Positions 38,433-47,907 of a stretch of 64,000 nucleotides of DNA are shown here, piece by piece. This DNA comes from a virus (taxonomy: Duplodnaviria > Caudoviricetes): the IMG/VR virus record IMGVR_UViG_2724679359_000002, positions 8,398 through 72,397 of that record, one strand, 5' to 3'. The translations under genes were made by a program, and so were the position numbers. The notes beneath the pieces are model-generated. The model worked only from the letters and a program-made list of their open reading frames with translations. It did no database searches and had not been told where the DNA came from. Position 1 is the first letter of the stretch. Each line of letters opens with the position of its first letter.

Positions 38433-38615
38433 TCATTCCGGCACAGGTAACCCATGGCGGGAGGATTCAGGAATAGCGTCATAAAACTCGGCCCATAATG
38501 GATCGTTTGATTCAATTTCACCTAAAAAATCATGAGTTTCTGTGTCTTGCGGCCCTGAAAAGTAACTGACTATCTTTGTTTTTTTCTTATCTGAAAACTG
38601 AACGTTAATCATCAT
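38433..38615 (-). CDS. Small protein downstream of tail fibre (possible chaperone)
   Basis: VQFSD...I.SYF..PQD......G.I..ND..W..FY; occupies the G position. Confidence 0.6.
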   Translation of the reverse strand: MMINVQFSDKKKTKIVSYFSGPQDTETHDFLGEIESNDPLWAEFYDAIPESSRHGLPVPE

Positions 38616-38621
38616 ATATCC

Positions 38622-40052
38622 TCAGAATGTATAGCCAACAATGTCAATTGTGACTGAAGAGGTTGAAAGGTTTGATCCACACTCGTAATAAATGACGCCG
38701 GGCGTTGATATTTCTGCGACTAAAGTTGATACCAGATTTGTTGATGTGCCGTTTGATGCATTTCGCCCCAATCTGCCAGATGAGGCGTACAGTGACGATG
38801 AAAGATTGCCCGATGCACCACCGGAAGACATTGAGACAATTGCAGTGACTGATTTTGCATTGAGTGACACTAAGCTCGTAACAGATAGCGCCGTTACCGC
38901 GCCCACCATCGCTGTTGAAGTAAGAGCATTTGTTTGAATACCGGAAAATACCCTATCACGTAGAAATCCAGCAACAAACTTACTACCATCAACTCGCCAT
39001 ACACTCACCAGCGCTGATGCGGTGTAATTGGCGGGCATAGCTCCAGCGCAAATTTCAGGCATTGCGGCCGATGTTGCATTAATAGCGAGCAATGCTGACG
39101 CATTGTTGATTGGATTATAAATTGCGTATAAAGCAACAAATCCGGCCGCCGGTACAGCGCCAGTATTCATGCCTCCCGCACCAGATTTTGCAAGATTGAT
39201 TACATTATTAAAATTCGCAAGCTTGTACTGTTCCCCACCAATCGCCGTCTGAACAATCAATTCATCTGCGGTGAAAGTGGCTGTTGCTGATGCTGCTGTA
39301 ACACTCATTCGAGCATTGCACGCCGCGCCAACCACGCCGGTTAATTGCGACATCTGCAAATATTGAGAGTGTGGGTTTTCTGCTTTGCCATGGTCATCCA
39401 CTGCTTTGGTTGCTGCGTCGGCGACTGTTTTAACCGCTTTCGGCGTAGCGGCTAATACTTCGCTATCACTGGTTGTGGCGCTGCTTAATTTCACAAAGCC
39501 TTTTTCGGTCTTGCTGGCATCGGGATGATTGCGTGATTTTACATGTTCAGCCAACAGGTCATCAGCATAGGCTTTAACCTCAATCACCCTATCATCCACG
39601 TATTTACGCGTCGCCAATACCACCGACGGGTCGATTTTCAACGTAACCGCCGCCGTGCTGCTGACAATCAAAATCACCCGAATGGTTTGGGTGCGGCCGC
39701 TGCCCTCTTGCAGTTGCGGTTTATAGGTTTCGGCGCAGTTGGCAATGGCAATCAAATCACCGTCTTTATCCAACAAGCCAATCTCCCGAATCCACCACCC
39801 GCCCTCGGTTTCAGGGATAACCTGTTCCGCAATAATCTGGCTGGTGTTGACTGGGTCAACGGTCAGCATATTAAGAGCCGCCCGGCGTTGCTCGTTCACC
39901 AGTTGGGTTTGTGCTGGGTTCGGCGTTGGCAGGGTTCCGCCACCATCCCCGACCGCCATGTGGGTAATCTCTAAGCGGGTGCCGAGGGCGGTGGCGTTCG
40001 CCAGCTTGGCCGCGCCGATGTTGGTCAGTAAAGCAAAAAATTTTGCGGTCAT
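38622..40052 (-). CDS. H: Tail fibre protein (distal part unrelated to prophage 1 fibre)
   Basis: P2 gpH N-terminus; Ser/Ala/Thr-rich C-terminus. Confidence 0.9.
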   Translation of the reverse strand: MTAKFFALLTNIGAAKLANATALGTRLEITHMAVGDGGGTLPTPNPAQTQLVNEQRRAALNMLTVDPVNTSQIIAEQVIPETEGGWWIREIGLLDKDGDLIAIANCAETYKPQLQEGSGRTQTIRVILIVSSTAAVTLKIDPSVVLATRKYVDDRVIEVKAYADDLLAEHVKSRNHPDASKTEKGFVKLSSATTSDSEVLAATPKAVKTVADAATKAVDDHGKAENPHSQYLQMSQLTGVVGAACNARMSVTAASATATFTADELIVQTAIGGEQYKLANFNNVINLAKSGAGGMNTGAVPAAGFVALYAIYNPINNASALLAINATSAAMPEICAGAMPANYTASALVSVWRVDGSKFVAGFLRDRVFSGIQTNALTSTAMVGAVTALSVTSLVSLNAKSVTAIVSMSSGGASGNLSSSLYASSGRLGRNASNGTSTNLVSTLVAEISTPGVIYYECGSNLSTSSVTIDIVGYTF

Positions 40053-40657
40053 GGGTTCACTCTCAGGTTATCAATAATATGGACGGCGGCGCTGGCATAA
40101 TCCTCGCCGGTCACGGTTATAGTTTCAGGTAAATAGGGGTAAATGGTCAGCTCATCACCGCTGTAACTGGCGGCGGCGATATGCAGCGGGCCACGGCTGT
40201 CGAGATTGATGGACAGGCCGACTAAATGGCGGCTGCATGGCTTGGCGTCGTCTATCAGTCGCTCAAGCTCTTGATACATTTCTTCGGTAATACCGGTTTC
40301 TAATACACCCACATCAAGGCGAAAGGTGCCGGGGGTTTCGTTGGTCTTCCACCATTCAATCACCTTGATGAGATAGCCCAGCGGCTCGACCACGCGACGA
40401 ATCGCGCCGATGGTGCCTTTGTGTTTGTGGACGTACTGCGAGGACTTCACCACCGCGCGCTTAGTGGCTTCCGGCCATTTCTCATCCCAGCGGTCAACCG
40501 ACCACGCCCACGCCAGATAGGGCAACAGGGACAACGGGCAAGTGTCGGCGTTCCACAGCTGGCGGATCGGAACAGGGGTGTTTTCCAGTTCGGCGCAGGC
40601 GCTCGCGGCGGCCACTTCCAGCACCGACGAACCGACAGGCAGTAAACGGTCAGTCAT
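40049..40657 (-). CDS. I: Tail/baseplate protein I
   Basis: LLPYLAWAWSVDRWD; near-identical core to 2995-3543. Confidence 0.93.
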   Translation of the reverse strand: MTDRLLPVGSSVLEVAAASACAELENTPVPIRQLWNADTCPLSLLPYLAWAWSVDRWDEKWPEATKRAVVKSSQYVHKHKGTIGAIRRVVEPLGYLIKVIEWWKTNETPGTFRLDVGVLETGITEEMYQELERLIDDAKPCSRHLVGLSINLDSRGPLHIAAASYSGDELTIYPYLPETITVTGEDYASAAVHIIDNLRVNP

Positions 40658-41558
40658 CCGTACCCCCGACAGTGATAGTGCTGCCGGTGCAATACGCGGC
40701 TTGGGTTTTATCCAGCACCACGTCGGCCAATGGGGCATTAATCACCGCCCGTTGGACGCCCTCAACATGCAGCGCTGCATACAGCGCCGACAGGCGAATA
40801 TCGCGGCCGAGGCGGCGCTGTGTGGTGACAAAGGCGGTCAGTTTTTTCTCGGCGGCCACGCGCACCGGTTCCGCCTCTGGCCCCGGATGCAGATAGAGCA
40901 CCGCGTCAATCTCATAATCTTCAATCCGGGCGGATTGCACCGTCACCCGGTCAGCCACTGGCCGCGTGTTCTCATCATTCAGCGCGGCTTCCACCACCGC
41001 CAGCAGTTCGGCCGAGGCTTCGCCATTACCTTCACGCGATAGCACCGTGACCGTGACACAGGCGGGTGTCGGACTAATGGCCGAGGCATCGGCCACCCGG
41101 CCGTCGGCACTTTTGGCGTGATACTCATATGCACCGGTTGGCCCCGCCACACTCAAGCCCTCAAAGGCTTGCGGGATACGCACACGGAAATCACTGTCAG
41201 ATTCCATCACCGCCTCAATCGGAGGAATGGCGGTGAGGTCTGCTGGGGTAATCACCAGCCGCGCAACGTTGTTATTCGCGCCGAGCTGGTCTAAATCGCT
41301 GCCGACGGCATAAGCCACCATCACCGCGCGGGCCGCATCATTGACACGCTGGCGTAATATCACCTCGCGGTAAGTGTTTTCCTGCAATAGCTTGACCAGC
41401 GGCTCCGATTCCAGCGAAAGGGTGCGGGCCACGGCGGCGCGCTGTTCTTCTGGATACAGAGAAATCAGCGTGGCTTTGCGTTCCGCCAACAGGGTTTCAT
41501 AATCCAGTTCTTCCACCACAAAAGGCGGGGGTAACAGGCTCAGGTCAATGGTTGCCAT
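40650..41558 (-). CDS. J: Baseplate protein J
   Basis: SVAGPTGAYEYHA; synteny. Confidence 0.93.
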   Translation of the reverse strand: MATIDLSLLPPPFVVEELDYETLLAERKATLISLYPEEQRAAVARTLSLESEPLVKLLQENTYREVILRQRVNDAARAVMVAYAVGSDLDQLGANNNVARLVITPADLTAIPPIEAVMESDSDFRVRIPQAFEGLSVAGPTGAYEYHAKSADGRVADASAISPTPACVTVTVLSREGNGEASAELLAVVEAALNDENTRPVADRVTVQSARIEDYEIDAVLYLHPGPEAEPVRVAAEKKLTAFVTTQRRLGRDIRLSALYAALHVEGVQRAVINAPLADVVLDKTQAAYCTGSTITVGGTDD

Positions 41559-41562
41559 AGGG

Positions 41563-41913
41563 TTAGCTCACAGGAATGGTGAATGAGAGTGGGGCCGCGC
41601 TATCGGTGCGGGTGCCGGTGATATCGACCACCATTTTGCCGTCAAAGGTGGTTTCAAAGGTGATATCCGTCAGCTTGACCCTCGGCTCCCAGCGCAAAAT
41701 GGCACTGTAACTGGCGGCCATAATTTGCAGGCGCAGGGCCGGATTTTGTGGCTGGTCAATCAGCTCCGAGAGCAGCGAACCATAAGCGCGACGCATCACC
41801 CGCGAACCGACGGGCGTAATCAGAATGTCGGCGATGGACTGGCTGATATGGTCAGCATCGGTAATGGTCTGCCCGGCGTTGCGGCTCATGCCGAGGTATT
41901 TGGCCGTTGTCAT
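41563..41913 (-). CDS. W: Baseplate protein W
   Basis: DIL.TP.GSRVMRR.YGS. Confidence 0.92.
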   Translation of the reverse strand: MTTAKYLGMSRNAGQTITDADHISQSIADILITPVGSRVMRRAYGSLLSELIDQPQNPALRLQIMAASYSAILRWEPRVKLTDITFETTFDGKMVVDITGTRTDSAAPLSFTIPVS

Positions 41914-42551
41914 TTAATCCCCTCCGTATAGCTGCCACCGCGCTGCACTCCGCCGTGGTCATGCTTATCAACCACTACGCCATTGGATGAAAGTTTCCCG
42001 CCGGTATGCGTGATATTGCCGCTCATCTTGCCGCCTTGGGTCACATTCAAGGTGGCGGTGGTCAGGTTGTTGGTGCATTCCACTTCGGGTGTATCCAGCA
42101 GGATTTTGACCGAGGCGGCACAGGTGATATTGGGGGCAGTGGCGTTTATCGATTCACTGGCATTGATAACCGCTGTTTTGATGCCATCCGCCAGCAATTC
42201 GCCACTATCAGGTTCATAGTGCAACGTGGCACCGTCAGGAAAGGCGAGATACAGACCATTCGCCGAGGCCGACGGGGGCGGGAAGTCATCAGAGAAAATG
42301 CCCGGCAGCACAAAGGCGGTATCCAGCTCACCACCGAGAGACAATATCAATACTTGCTCACCCTCGGACGGTGCCCACCATGATCGCGATTGACCGGCGC
42401 GCAACGTCAGCCAGTTAAGCCAGCCGGTGGTATTGTCTCCCGTCGCCACGCGGCACAGGGCTTGGTCGAGATCGACCTCGGCCACCGTACCAATGCGGAT
42501 AAGGTTGCGCAGCAGGCGCAGAATTTCAGTTATTTGGGTTTGAGTGTTCAT
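41910..42551 (-). CDS. V: Baseplate spike protein V
   Basis: LIRIGTV.EVD, WWAPS.GEQV, C-terminal HDH. Confidence 0.93.
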   Translation of the reverse strand: MNTQTQITEILRLLRNLIRIGTVAEVDLDQALCRVATGDNTTGWLNWLTLRAGQSRSWWAPSEGEQVLILSLGGELDTAFVLPGIFSDDFPPPSASANGLYLAFPDGATLHYEPDSGELLADGIKTAVINASESINATAPNITCAASVKILLDTPEVECTNNLTTATLNVTQGGKMSGNITHTGGKLSSNGVVVDKHDHGGVQRGGSYTEGIK

Positions 42552-42752
42552 GCAGAAAGGATGCCGCCGAATGGGTCAGGCGGCAATTTGTGCGGGTTTG
42601 TTCATCGACAGGACAACAGAAGTAATTCATTACAACGGGTAATCAACAAATACAGACACTGTTACTTTATTAGCGAAGCTGACTGTGTATTCGTGGGTAT
42701 TGATTTTAAAAAGGTTTAGCCGTATCTCTTCTCAAACCGATACTGCCGGACT

Positions 42753-43181
42753 TTAAAAGGCAGTTATATGCTTGTCGATTGACATAAATATGAATCCAAG
42801 CACCAGAAAAATAAACCCTAGGTTATTGAGAATAAGATAGTATCTCATCCATCCTGTAAGTTCTTTGGGCAGTTGTTTGATAAACTCATAGCATTTTGGC
42901 GAGAAATACTTACGTGCTTTCCCATTTATTCTTTTTTCATTGGCGGTTAAAAGGAAATGAAAAAACAGTACAACTTGACTACTTCCTAAAAAACCAGAAA
43001 AGGTCAAATAATTATATAGAGCAGGCATGAAAAGACCTTCCGATCTATACAATGATATTATTTTGTTGTATTTTTCCTTGTTTACACTGTAATAAATGAA
43101 CGAAACCAACCATTCTAGGATAAATAACAGGGCAAATGTAATTGCAATATGTTGTATCGTTATTCTCATTACTAGTACCAT
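42753..43181 (-). CDS. Small membrane protein, putative immunity protein
   Basis: 2-3 TM segments, AT-rich, 8 bp after the toxin-like gene. Confidence 0.6.
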   Translation of the reverse strand: MVLVMRITIQHIAITFALLFILEWLVSFIYYSVNKEKYNKIISLYRSEGLFMPALYNYLTFSGFLGSSQVVLFFHFLLTANEKRINGKARKYFSPKCYEFIKQLPKELTGWMRYYLILNNLGFIFLVLGFIFMSIDKHITAF

Positions 43182-43189
43182 TAATATAA

Positions 43190-44182
43190 TTAGTTAACTA
43201 ATACATCACCCAATTTATTACCAATTTCTCCGCCCAGCCACCCACCCGCCGCCGAACCTACGATCACGCAAGCAATACCGCCAGCACCTGCTGTGGCAAT
43301 ACCCGCCGCCACGCAGACACCCCCCATAATGCTAGCACCTAACAGGCCACCGCGAATAGCTAACCCTGTACTCAAGCCAAATTTAGTATATTCTTTTACT
43401 GCCACTTTCGAGCATTCACTTTCTCGCCCGGTAGTGCACGCATCATAAACCGTATTGGTGGTATTTAATCCACCAATACCAATAGCGACCCATCCACCAA
43501 CTTTCATCCATTTAACTATCTTGGCGCTTCTTTCTATGGTGGAAGAATAACCTTTAATAGCGCCAACGCCTGCTGTATTCCATTCATGGACTATTGATTT
43601 ACTTGATAATTGCAATGTACGCTTTAAATTTGAATGTTCAGGAATAGCTAAACTGACTTTAGATAATTTAGTCAGGATGCCGTTTAGGCTAAGAAGTAAC
43701 ATTCTGCGCTCTTGTAAGAATGCCTGAGTGTTGAGTTTGCCGTGAAGCATATATTGACGCTGATAAAGTAATTCTATCTGTTTCATTTGCCTATTGATTT
43801 CAACGAAATACTTCTCACCCGCATCTGCCGCAAACCCGACTAAACCGCCACCATAACTTGTTAGAGCATCAATAGCACCGTGGTTTTTTTGCAAAAAGTT
43901 GGCTTCATTGTGATCCATATCCGCCATAGCGCGATTTACTTGCTGCTTTGCTTGATTCATAGCTTGCAATGCATAAGGTGGATTGTAAGACAGGGGGTCG
44001 GCAATTATCAGTATCTGGCCCGCTTTCAACCACTGTGTATCGGCATTGAGTGCCATAAAATATCGAGCAGCATCACTATCGGTATTATTGAATAGCAAAC
44101 TGACTTGAAAATTAAGCGTACCTGATTGTTGTACAATGCAGTAACCCGGAGATACATTCCTTTCCATATGACCCTCTTTCAC
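43190..44182 (-). CDS. Putative membrane-active toxin (LysM-like N-terminus, Gly-zipper C-terminus)
   Basis: F.ALN....LKAGQILII; GLAIRGGLLGASIMGGVCVAAGIATAGAGGIACVIVGSAAGGWLGG. Confidence 0.55.
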   Translation of the reverse strand: MKEGHMERNVSPGYCIVQQSGTLNFQVSLLFNNTDSDAARYFMALNADTQWLKAGQILIIADPLSYNPPYALQAMNQAKQQVNRAMADMDHNEANFLQKNHGAIDALTSYGGGLVGFAADAGEKYFVEINRQMKQIELLYQRQYMLHGKLNTQAFLQERRMLLLSLNGILTKLSKVSLAIPEHSNLKRTLQLSSKSIVHEWNTAGVGAIKGYSSTIERSAKIVKWMKVGGWVAIGIGGLNTTNTVYDACTTGRESECSKVAVKEYTKFGLSTGLAIRGGLLGASIMGGVCVAAGIATAGAGGIACVIVGSAAGGWLGGEIGNKLGDVLVN

Positions 44183-44345
44183 GATCCTGTAAAAATAACT
44201 TTGTTTACAAAAAACTTGAGGTTAATTTACATTAACTCTCAATTAACATTCAATTAATTAATGCGATTTATAAAAATTAGCGGGAGGTTAAATATAAGAC
44301 GTTTCTTATTTTTGTACTTTATTGATATATGGTTCACTAGGATAA

Positions 44346-44801
44346 TTAAAAATTATCTCTATATATATCAAGTAAAACACTTTCCACAATGGCAATATCT
44401 TGCTGACTGAAACCCAGCAACGGCCGCTCGTCATACTGCACATCTTTGCTGTGCACGTTCGGGCGGTCACGCAGGCCAAAATGATGCACTGCCGCCATTC
44501 GTTCCACGCGCCCGGCAAACTCGACCACCGCCTCATCGGGGCTACTGTTGGCTTTCATATAGCGCGCGGTGCGTAACTTGGCGAACATTTCACGCTTAAT
44601 CCGGCCTTTGGGTTTACGCAGCGGTTGAGATTTACGGGCGGCATACGGGGTGCCGTCTGGCGCTTGCTGGCGTTTAATGCGTTGCTGCTGACTGGCGCGC
44701 AGGCGTTTAGCAACCGTCACCGCCAGCGCTTTGCGGGCTTTGGGCGTCAGACTGGCAATCAGTCCGGCCAGCGCATCGTCAAAGGGTTTCAGCTCATTCA
44801 T
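44346..44801 (-). CDS. S: Tail completion protein S
   Basis: QQAPDGTPY..RK, MF.KLRTARY, VHHFGL. Confidence 0.9.
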   Translation of the reverse strand: MNELKPFDDALAGLIASLTPKARKALAVTVAKRLRASQQQRIKRQQAPDGTPYAARKSQPLRKPKGRIKREMFAKLRTARYMKANSSPDEAVVEFAGRVERMAAVHHFGLRDRPNVHSKDVQYDERPLLGFSQQDIAIVESVLLDIYRDNF

Positions 44802-45253
44802 TGGATCACTTCGCCGTTAAAGTAAATTGCTGTTGGCCGTGTTGCTGCTCCCGGCCAAGTCGGCTCCAGCGCATGGTTAACATGCAGTGCACCGTCTACC
44901 TCTTTCACAATGGCCCGCTCAGTCAGTTGCAAGTCGATACGGATATCACTCAGCACATCGCTCATCACATCGACCTTATGAATAAAGCCGGTGCGGCGCT
45001 TTTCTTCTGTCGCCATGATGTCCGGTTGATGCTCCCGCAGCCATGCCAGTATCGGCACAAAGAGATAATCAACATCATCGGGGAAATCCTCAATAAACAG
45101 CGTCAGCGTATATTGATTTTCAAAAGAGAGCGACGGGGCCAGCGTCGAGACAATGCGCCCGCCATCAACAAACATTTTCAGCCGCTCCGGGTTAGTCTGG
45201 AACAGTTGCAGACTGTCGGTTAAGGCTTGGCGTAACAGTTTGGGTTTTAACAT
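44798..45253 (-). CDS. R: Tail completion protein R
   Basis: MLKP..LR, SLSFE.QYTL, QPDIMA. Confidence 0.9.
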   Translation of the reverse strand: MLKPKLLRQALTDSLQLFQTNPERLKMFVDGGRIVSTLAPSLSFENQYTLTLFIEDFPDDVDYLFVPILAWLREHQPDIMATEEKRRTGFIHKVDVMSDVLSDIRIDLQLTERAIVKEVDGALHVNHALEPTWPGAATRPTAIYFNGEVIQ

Positions 45254-45506
45254 GGTGTTGTTCCTGACACTGTTTAACAGCTTCCACTTGCAGCCCACAG
45301 GCCACCAGTGCGGTTTCTAACTGGCGGATATCGGCACTTAAATCACCGTTAACCGCCGGTGTGCTGCCCGGCAGCGGGCAACTGCTCACCGTCGGACAGC
45401 CAACGTAAATAATCGTTGGGGCTGGCGAACGCGGGGCGCTGGTGCAGCCGGATAACATCAGCAGGCAAAGCAGTAGCGAACCAATCACGCAAGACTTTAT
45501 TTTCAT
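45192..45506 (-). CDS. lysC: o-spanin LysC
   Basis: Lipobox LSGC, CP.V..C.LP, NGDLSADI..LE.AL..C. Confidence 0.85.
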   Translation of the reverse strand: MKIKSCVIGSLLLCLLMLSGCTSAPRSPAPTIIYVGCPTVSSCPLPGSTPAVNGDLSADIRQLETALVACGLQVEAVKQCQEQHHVKTQTVTPSLNRQSATVPD

Positions 45507-45765
45507 TGAGTAACCTTTGAATTTTCTGTTCACGAGATAATGACAAGGTGCTGGCGTGGCTCAGTGATTGCCGTAATGCCCGCTCATTGTCTGCCTGTTG
45601 CCGGGCCTCATCTTGCAAGCGGGTGATCGCGTTGTCCCGGCTCTCAATCCCGGCCGATAAAGTGCCAATAATTCGGTTAGCGCTGTCGATATCGTGGTTC
45701 AGGCGGTTGGCATACCACCCCAGTGCAACCAGTAACGCGACTATCACCATCATTGCTATGCGCAT
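45349..45765 (-). CDS. lysB: i-spanin LysB
   Basis: N-terminal TM, RLLNEN..LR.W....LP.DV.RL. Confidence 0.87.
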   Translation of the reverse strand: MRIAMMVIVALLVALGWYANRLNHDIDSANRIIGTLSAGIESRDNAITRLQDEARQQADNERALRQSLSHASTLSLSREQKIQRLLNENKVLRDWFATALPADVIRLHQRPAFASPNDYLRWLSDGEQLPAAGQHTGG

Positions 45766-45766
45766 C

Positions 45767-46273
45767 TCAGACCCCACTCAGGCAGTGTGTTTGTTCGGTG
45801 GTGCGGCGACGCTCTAACCCTTTGGTTTTCACGCCATTGACATACACCCAGCGCGGCAACTGATTGCAGGCGCTGCGCCAGTCGCCCTTGTTGACATAAA
45901 AGGCCAGTGTCGAGCGACAGGCCGCGCCGGTGCCGACGTTAAAGGCAAACGACACTACCGCGTCATACACCGGTTGCGGCATAACAAGCGGCATACACAC
46001 CGCTATTGCCCGCTCAACCCGCTGCACGTCAGCCACCAGATTGACCGCCACCTGTCGCTCACTGATAACACTGCCCGGCTTCACTCCGGCGGTGTGACCG
46101 ATGCCATTTGTCCAGACGTTGGCGCTGCATTGGTAGGCGTTGAGCTGGCAGCCCTCATAATCGGCAATCAGTTTTAGCCCGGCGGCCGATGTTTTTAAGG
46201 TTTGGTAGTTTGGCAAGGTGGCGGCCAGTGCCAGAATGACCCCGACCAGACAGCGCTTAACGATTGAGTTCAT
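45767..46273 (-). CDS. Endolysin, phage lysozyme (GH24), SAR-like N-terminus
   Basis: IADYEGC...YQC.A.VWT.GIGHT, FNVG.GA, GL..RR. Confidence 0.9.
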   Translation of the reverse strand: MNSIVKRCLVGVILALAATLPNYQTLKTSAAGLKLIADYEGCQLNAYQCSANVWTNGIGHTAGVKPGSVISERQVAVNLVADVQRVERAIAVCMPLVMPQPVYDAVVSFAFNVGTGAACRSTLAFYVNKGDWRSACNQLPRWVYVNGVKTKGLERRRTTEQTHCLSGV

Positions 46274-46466
46274 CGAACACCTCCCGCCTGATAACCACTT
46301 CTTTCAGCAAGAAATAGCTCTTGCGCCGGTAGTACCAGTTGATAAGACAGGTGGCAGCAGCGGCCACCGCCGCAACATAAAACGCGATATCTTGCGGACT
46401 CAGTGCGCCAATAAACGCCAACAGTAGCGCAAAAACATAGGCTACCGCAGAGCTGAATTTCTCCAT
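46257..46466 (-). CDS. Holin (HP1-like)
   Basis: MEK..S..AY...TM...T.L.NWYYRRK. Confidence 0.85.
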   Translation of the reverse strand: MEKFSSAVAYVFALLLAFIGALSPQDIAFYVAAVAAAATCLINWYYRRKSYFLLKEVVIRREVFDELNR

Positions 46467-46468
46467 TT

Positions 46469-46672
46469 TCAATCCCATAATTGAACGGTTTCACGTTGGG
46501 CCGCCGGTGCCATGTCGGGCAACTCCACCGGATAACCATGGGGCAGAATGGCCCCCAGTTCCGACAGCCCCGGATTCGCGTCATAGACTTGCTCAACCAC
46601 CTCTTGTGTGCGGCCGTAATAGCGCCAGCACAGTGCGTCGAGCGTGTCGCCTTGCAACGCGTTGACCTGCAT
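46469..46672 (-). CDS. X: Tail protein X
   Basis: QGDTLDALCWRYYGRT...LWD. Confidence 0.92.
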   Translation of the reverse strand: MQVNALQGDTLDALCWRYYGRTQEVVEQVYDANPGLSELGAILPHGYPVELPDMAPAAQRETVQLWD

Positions 46673-47145
46673 CAGATAAGGCCAATAATGTTGTGCGGCT
46701 TACCGGCAATGTTGCGAATGCTAATTCGCGCGTCACGCCACAACTCATCAACGGTACTTTCAATGGCCTCCGCGCGTTTATCACCGCGCGCACTGGCGTC
46801 ATAGCCGCGATAACGCTCGGCCAACAGTGCAGCCGTAATGGCACAGACCGCGCGCTGGTACTCGGCCAACTGGATGCTCTCGCCGTCCAGTTGCTCGGCC
46901 TGCACCTCGGCCAGTGTTTTAAAGCCTGCCGCCATCTGGTCACGGCGGTACTCGTACAGTTCGGCGTTAACCTCGGCAATAGCGCTTTTGATGGTGAAGC
47001 GCAGGCGCTCGGCGGTGACTGTTCCCTCAAGGCGCAACAGCTCGCGCAGCTTTATCGGGTCAACCGCAGGCCAGAAAAAGGTATTTTCAATCACCGGTTC
47101 GGCCGTTTTGTCAGGCCGTGGCGCGGGGATAACAACAGTGGTCAT
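46672..47145 (-). CDS. L: Head completion protein L
   Basis: I.NTFFWP, AIAEVNAEL, YRGYDAS..G. Confidence 0.9.
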   Translation of the reverse strand: MTTVVIPAPRPDKTAEPVIENTFFWPAVDPIKLRELLRLEGTVTAERLRFTIKSAIAEVNAELYEYRRDQMAAGFKTLAEVQAEQLDGESIQLAEYQRAVCAITAALLAERYRGYDASARGDKRAEAIESTVDELWRDARISIRNIAGKPHNIIGLI

Positions 47146-47169
47146 GGCAACCTCAATAGCAGAATGGGT

Positions 47170-47225
47170 GGGCGGTGGACGATGGCGTTAACAAGGTAAA
47201 CCCTGTTGCGGCCATCGTGCCGCCC
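47170..47225. other. Conserved M-L intergenic stem-loop (prophage 2)
   Basis: GGGCGGTGGACGATGGC...GCCATCGTGCCGCCC. Confidence 0.5.
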
Positions 47226-47244
47226 GGCTCGGGGAGCGTTCGGT

Positions 47245-47904
47245 TTAGCGGCTGGCGGCGTTCTTTAATTTCACGGCCAGTCGCTCAATGTCTTTTTTGA
47301 CGCCACAACCGGTATGCAGTTGGAGTGCGCGGTGAAGATGGGACAGGGCCAACTCGCCCCGACCACTGTCACGCAGCACATAACCGGTGATTTTGTGCAG
47401 TTTGGCCCGCACTTGATCGGGCATGTCTTCATCTTCCATCAGCTCAATGGTTTGCAGCAGAGGCTCAATATCAATCGGCTTACCGGTGGCATAGGCGCGC
47501 GCCGCAGCGTCCGCGACTTCCTCGGCAATCAGGTAGGCGGTAGAGCGGGTAAAGCGGTCAGTTGGCACTAGCTGATAACGCAGGGCATAACGGGCGATAT
47601 CCAGTGCACCGGGGATATCCCCGGCATCCAGCCGCCAAATCATGATGGTCATGACAATGGCGTCCTGCGCGCCTTTCCCCTCACTCAACACGCCAGAGAT
47701 CCACGGCAGGTAGTCCGGCAATAACTGCCGCTTCAGCTCGGCTTTGCGCTCTTGTGAACGCACCTGTTTCAGCTTGCGCTTATCTTCATTGAGCTTGAGC
47801 AACATCAACTCGTAGCCGGTGGCGTGGCGCAGCGGGTTATCCCGCAGTTGTGAGGCAGTAATAGCCGACTGCCTCAGAAAGTGGCGGCGCGCAGGACTGG
47901 TCAT
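47245..47904 (-). CDS. M: Terminase small subunit M
   Basis: SPARRH, GAQD, WRLDAGD, DMPDQVRAKLHK. Confidence 0.92.
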   Translation of the reverse strand: MTSPARRHFLRQSAITASQLRDNPLRHATGYELMLLKLNEDKRKLKQVRSQERKAELKRQLLPDYLPWISGVLSEGKGAQDAIVMTIMIWRLDAGDIPGALDIARYALRYQLVPTDRFTRSTAYLIAEEVADAAARAYATGKPIDIEPLLQTIELMEDEDMPDQVRAKLHKITGYVLRDSGRGELALSHLHRALQLHTGCGVKKDIERLAVKLKNAASR

Positions 47905-47907
47905 GGC

